Source: the human T2T-CHM13v2.0 reference genome, Homo sapiens
DNA: 64,000 bases
Assembly: GCF_009914755.1 (NCBI RefSeq)
Contig: NC_060948.1
Strand: one strand, 5' to 3'
How positions within the stretch are numbered: the first letter of the stretch is position 1; every line of letters starts with the position of its first letter. This document shows positions 47,107-64,000 of this stretch, piece after piece. Made by a program: the position numbers and the translations under genes. The notes beneath the pieces are model-generated. The model was not told the origin of the DNA, made no database searches, and saw only the letters and a list, made by a program, of their open reading frames with translations.

Positions 47107-47830
47107 GTTAGATAAATAGATGGATAGCTAGAGATAGACAGATAGATAGATAGATGTTAGATAAATAGATGGATAGCTAGAGATAGACAGATGGACAGAT
47201 AGATAGACATAAATATATATAGATAGAAATATGATTGAGAGAGATATATATATAGAGAGAGAGACGGATGGGGGAGAGAATGAGAGAGAGACAGAATAAA
47301 AGAGAGAGATGAGAGATAGACAGAAGATGACATTGATTATAAAAATTGGTTCCTGTGATTGCAGAAGTTGAGAAGTGCCACAATAAGCCATCGCAAGCTG
47401 GAGGACCAGGGAAGCCTGAGGTGTAATTCAGTCTTGAGTCCAAAGGCTTGAGAAACAAAACCGAGGGAATCCATGGTGTAATTCTCAGTCTGAGGCTAAA
47501 GGAATGAGAACTGAGTAGGACGGGTGGTGCAGTAGGGTGTGGAACACTGGTGTAAGTCCAAAGCCCTCAGGAGCAGGAGCTCCAATGTCCAAGGACAGGA
47601 GTGGGATATCCCAGCTCAAGAAAAAGAGAGAATTTTTCCCTTCCTCTCCCTTTTTTTACAGGCAATCAGTGGATTGGAGGATGCCCACTTGCATGGGGAG
47701 GTCAGATGTTTACTCAGCCCACCAATTCCAATGTTAGTCTCTTACAGAGAAACCCTCACAAACACACCCAGAACTAATATTTTCCCATTTATCCAGACAT
47801 TCGTTAACCAAATCAAGTTGACACCACCAC
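46981..47830 (-). mobile_element. MLT2 LTR containing a complex (GATA/GACA/GGCA)n microsatellite (~47017-47320)
   Basis: tatattagtcagggttctcc start and aatcaagttgacacc end, with internal tetranucleotide runs. Confidence 0.75.
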
Positions 47831-48783
47831 ACTCCCCTTTCCTTAAACCTCACCTCCAGTTAACAAATGGGTTCCACTGATTTTCCTTAACATGTGCTCC
47901 ATCATCTGTTTAATCTTCCTCCATCATCTGTTTAATCCAATCCTACTGTTACCATGTTTGTTCTGCTTCTCAAAATCTCCTTGTCTATCATCCCCTAAAT
48001 ATTTTCTCTCAATCACACTACATTGACAGTAGAGGTTTTCCAAAATTTAGCACTGTCCGTGGGTCTCCTGAAGTCAAATTCTTCAGTGGCTCCCAAGTGT
48101 CTACATGACAAAGAGCAAAACTGGTCTTCACAGCCTTCTATTGTTTTTCCTCACCAGCTTCCACAGCCTCCTCCCTTTATGATGCACCATTTTCTACTAG
48201 TGCATGTGACACACTGACAATTTCTATTTGCAAAAATTCACAATTATTTCATGCATCCATGTATCATGCAACTTGTACAAAAATTAGTTTTTTCCATGCT
48301 GCCTACAATACCCTTATCTACCTGCGAAGACAGTTCAAATATCATTTCTGCTGTGAAGGTTTTCCTAAACATCATCTCAAGCACCATGTAGAAGTGACCT
48401 CTTCACTGCAACTCCTTGAGGTCAAGGGACATGTCTAGCTTGTCTCTAAGGTCCGAGGGCCTCATGTAGTGTCAGATCTACAGTAGGCACTCGAGAGATG
48501 TCTAATGGATAATATAAATAAAGTTTTGAGTAATTGTGAAACAAATGATAAGGTTCTTATTTGCTCTTCCACAATTAACTGCTTCAGTAAGACCTAAGTG
48601 AATATGTTGCACTTTAAATACAAAGCCCATGAGCAGAACTCCCAAAAGTAACATAAATAGGAGTTCCCAATAAAGCTGTATTATCTATATTATCTGACAC
48701 ATTTCATTTACTAGGACAGAGCATTGTAATCCTGGGTCCTTTAGATGAACAATAACTATTTTTAATTTCAGTAAGAATAATTA

Positions 48784-49062
48784 GGCCAGGCGTGGTGGCT
48801 CATGCCTGTAATCCCAGGATTTTGGGAAGATAAGGTAGGTGGATCACGAGGTCAAGAGATCGAGACCATCCTGGCCAACATGGTGAAACCCCGTTTCTAC
48901 TACAAATACAAAAATTAGCCAGATGTGGTGGCACGTGATGGTAGTCCCAGCTACTTGGGAGGCTGAGGCAGAAGAATTGCTTGAGCCCAGGAAGCATAGG
49001 TTGCAGTGAGCTGAGATCGCCTGCTGCTCTCCAGCCTGGTGATAGAGAGAGACTCTTCCATC

Positions 49063-49101
<39 letters not shown>

Positions 49102-49102
49102 A
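48784..49102 (+). mobile_element. AluSc-like element with (TAAA)n tail
   Basis: ggccaggcgtggtggctcatgcc...ggatcacgaggtcaagagatcgagaccatcctggccaacatgg. Confidence 0.9.
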
Positions 49103-49189
49103 TGCTCCACAGCTAGGTGATATTGTTAATTGTTAGGTAACAGTTATTACAGACAAGAAAGCCTAATTTACAAATCCAGGACAAAATTG

Positions 49190-49528
49190 CATCGTGTGGC
49201 TCTTGCCTGTAATCCCAGCACTATGGGAGGCTGAGGAGGGTGGATCACTTTGAGCTCAGGAATTCGAAACCAGCCTGGGTTACAAATATGTTTATTATAT
49301 ATATACACACACACATACACACACACACACACACACATGGAAATTAGCCAGCTGTGGTGGTGTGCAACTGTAGTCCCAGCAACCCGGGAGGCTGAGCCAG
49401 GAGGATGGTATGAGCCTGCCCAAGAGGTGGAGATTGCAGTGAGCCATAATTGTGTCACTGCCCTCCAGCCTGAGCAACAGAGCAGGACCTAGTCTCAAAA
49501 CACAAAAACATAAGAGACAAAAAACAAC
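49190..49528 (+). mobile_element. AluJ element with central (TA)(CA)n expansion
   Basis: Both Alu arms are present; the middle A-rich linker is replaced by a microsatellite. Confidence 0.8.
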
Positions 49529-49718
49529 AATGTCTTTCTACATCATTGAAACTGTTTGAATGAAAGCCTCGGTCGACTACTTAGTGAAATGTAAAACCGT
49601 GGACATTTGGAAAAGAAAATGATCCTACACAATATTTATTAAAACTTCCTCCCTGAGATTGTTTTTCCAAAAATAAGTAATGTGTGTGGCAAAAAAGTTA
49701 AGAGAATTTCAGGGTTAC

Positions 49719-64000
<14,282 letters not shown>

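Larger units (their letters stand above)
46305..49718. other. Palindrome spacer (3414 bp, single copy)
   Basis: Complementarity ends at ...ttgttaacaagatt|46304 and resumes at 49719|aatcttgttaacaa. The size agrees with the ~3.4 kb spacer I recall for Y palindrome P8. Confidence 0.95.

Overview
Human (hominid) genomic DNA, AT-rich and dominated by repeats. It is best identified as the Y-chromosome palindrome that carries VCY (P8). The only real gene is the two-exon, 125-aa testis gene VCY on the minus strand (CDS 13058-12957 + 12764-12489). Just downstream of it is a ~0.9 kb C-rich minisatellite containing many PRDM9-type CCTCCCTNNCCAC motifs. Positions 32024-46304 and 49719-64000 are near-perfect reverse complements (I found 4 substitutions and one 1-bp homopolymer difference by eye) around a 3414-bp spacer; the right arm runs off the window end. 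Each arm carries the same disabled full-length L1PA element. The rest is a mosaic of Alu, old L1, MaLR/MLT2 LTRs, an ERV1 pol remnant, one SVA, Tigger1/MER DNA transposons and microsatellites. I found no new multi-gene system. The least explained observations are a two-part locally templated insertion inside the ERV integrase, an Alu pair enclosed by one target-site duplication, a stop-free in-frame VCY intron, degenerate tandem duplications on both sides of VCY, and a speculative lipase-like fossil. Repeat subfamily calls come from remembered consensus sequences and their boundaries are approximate.
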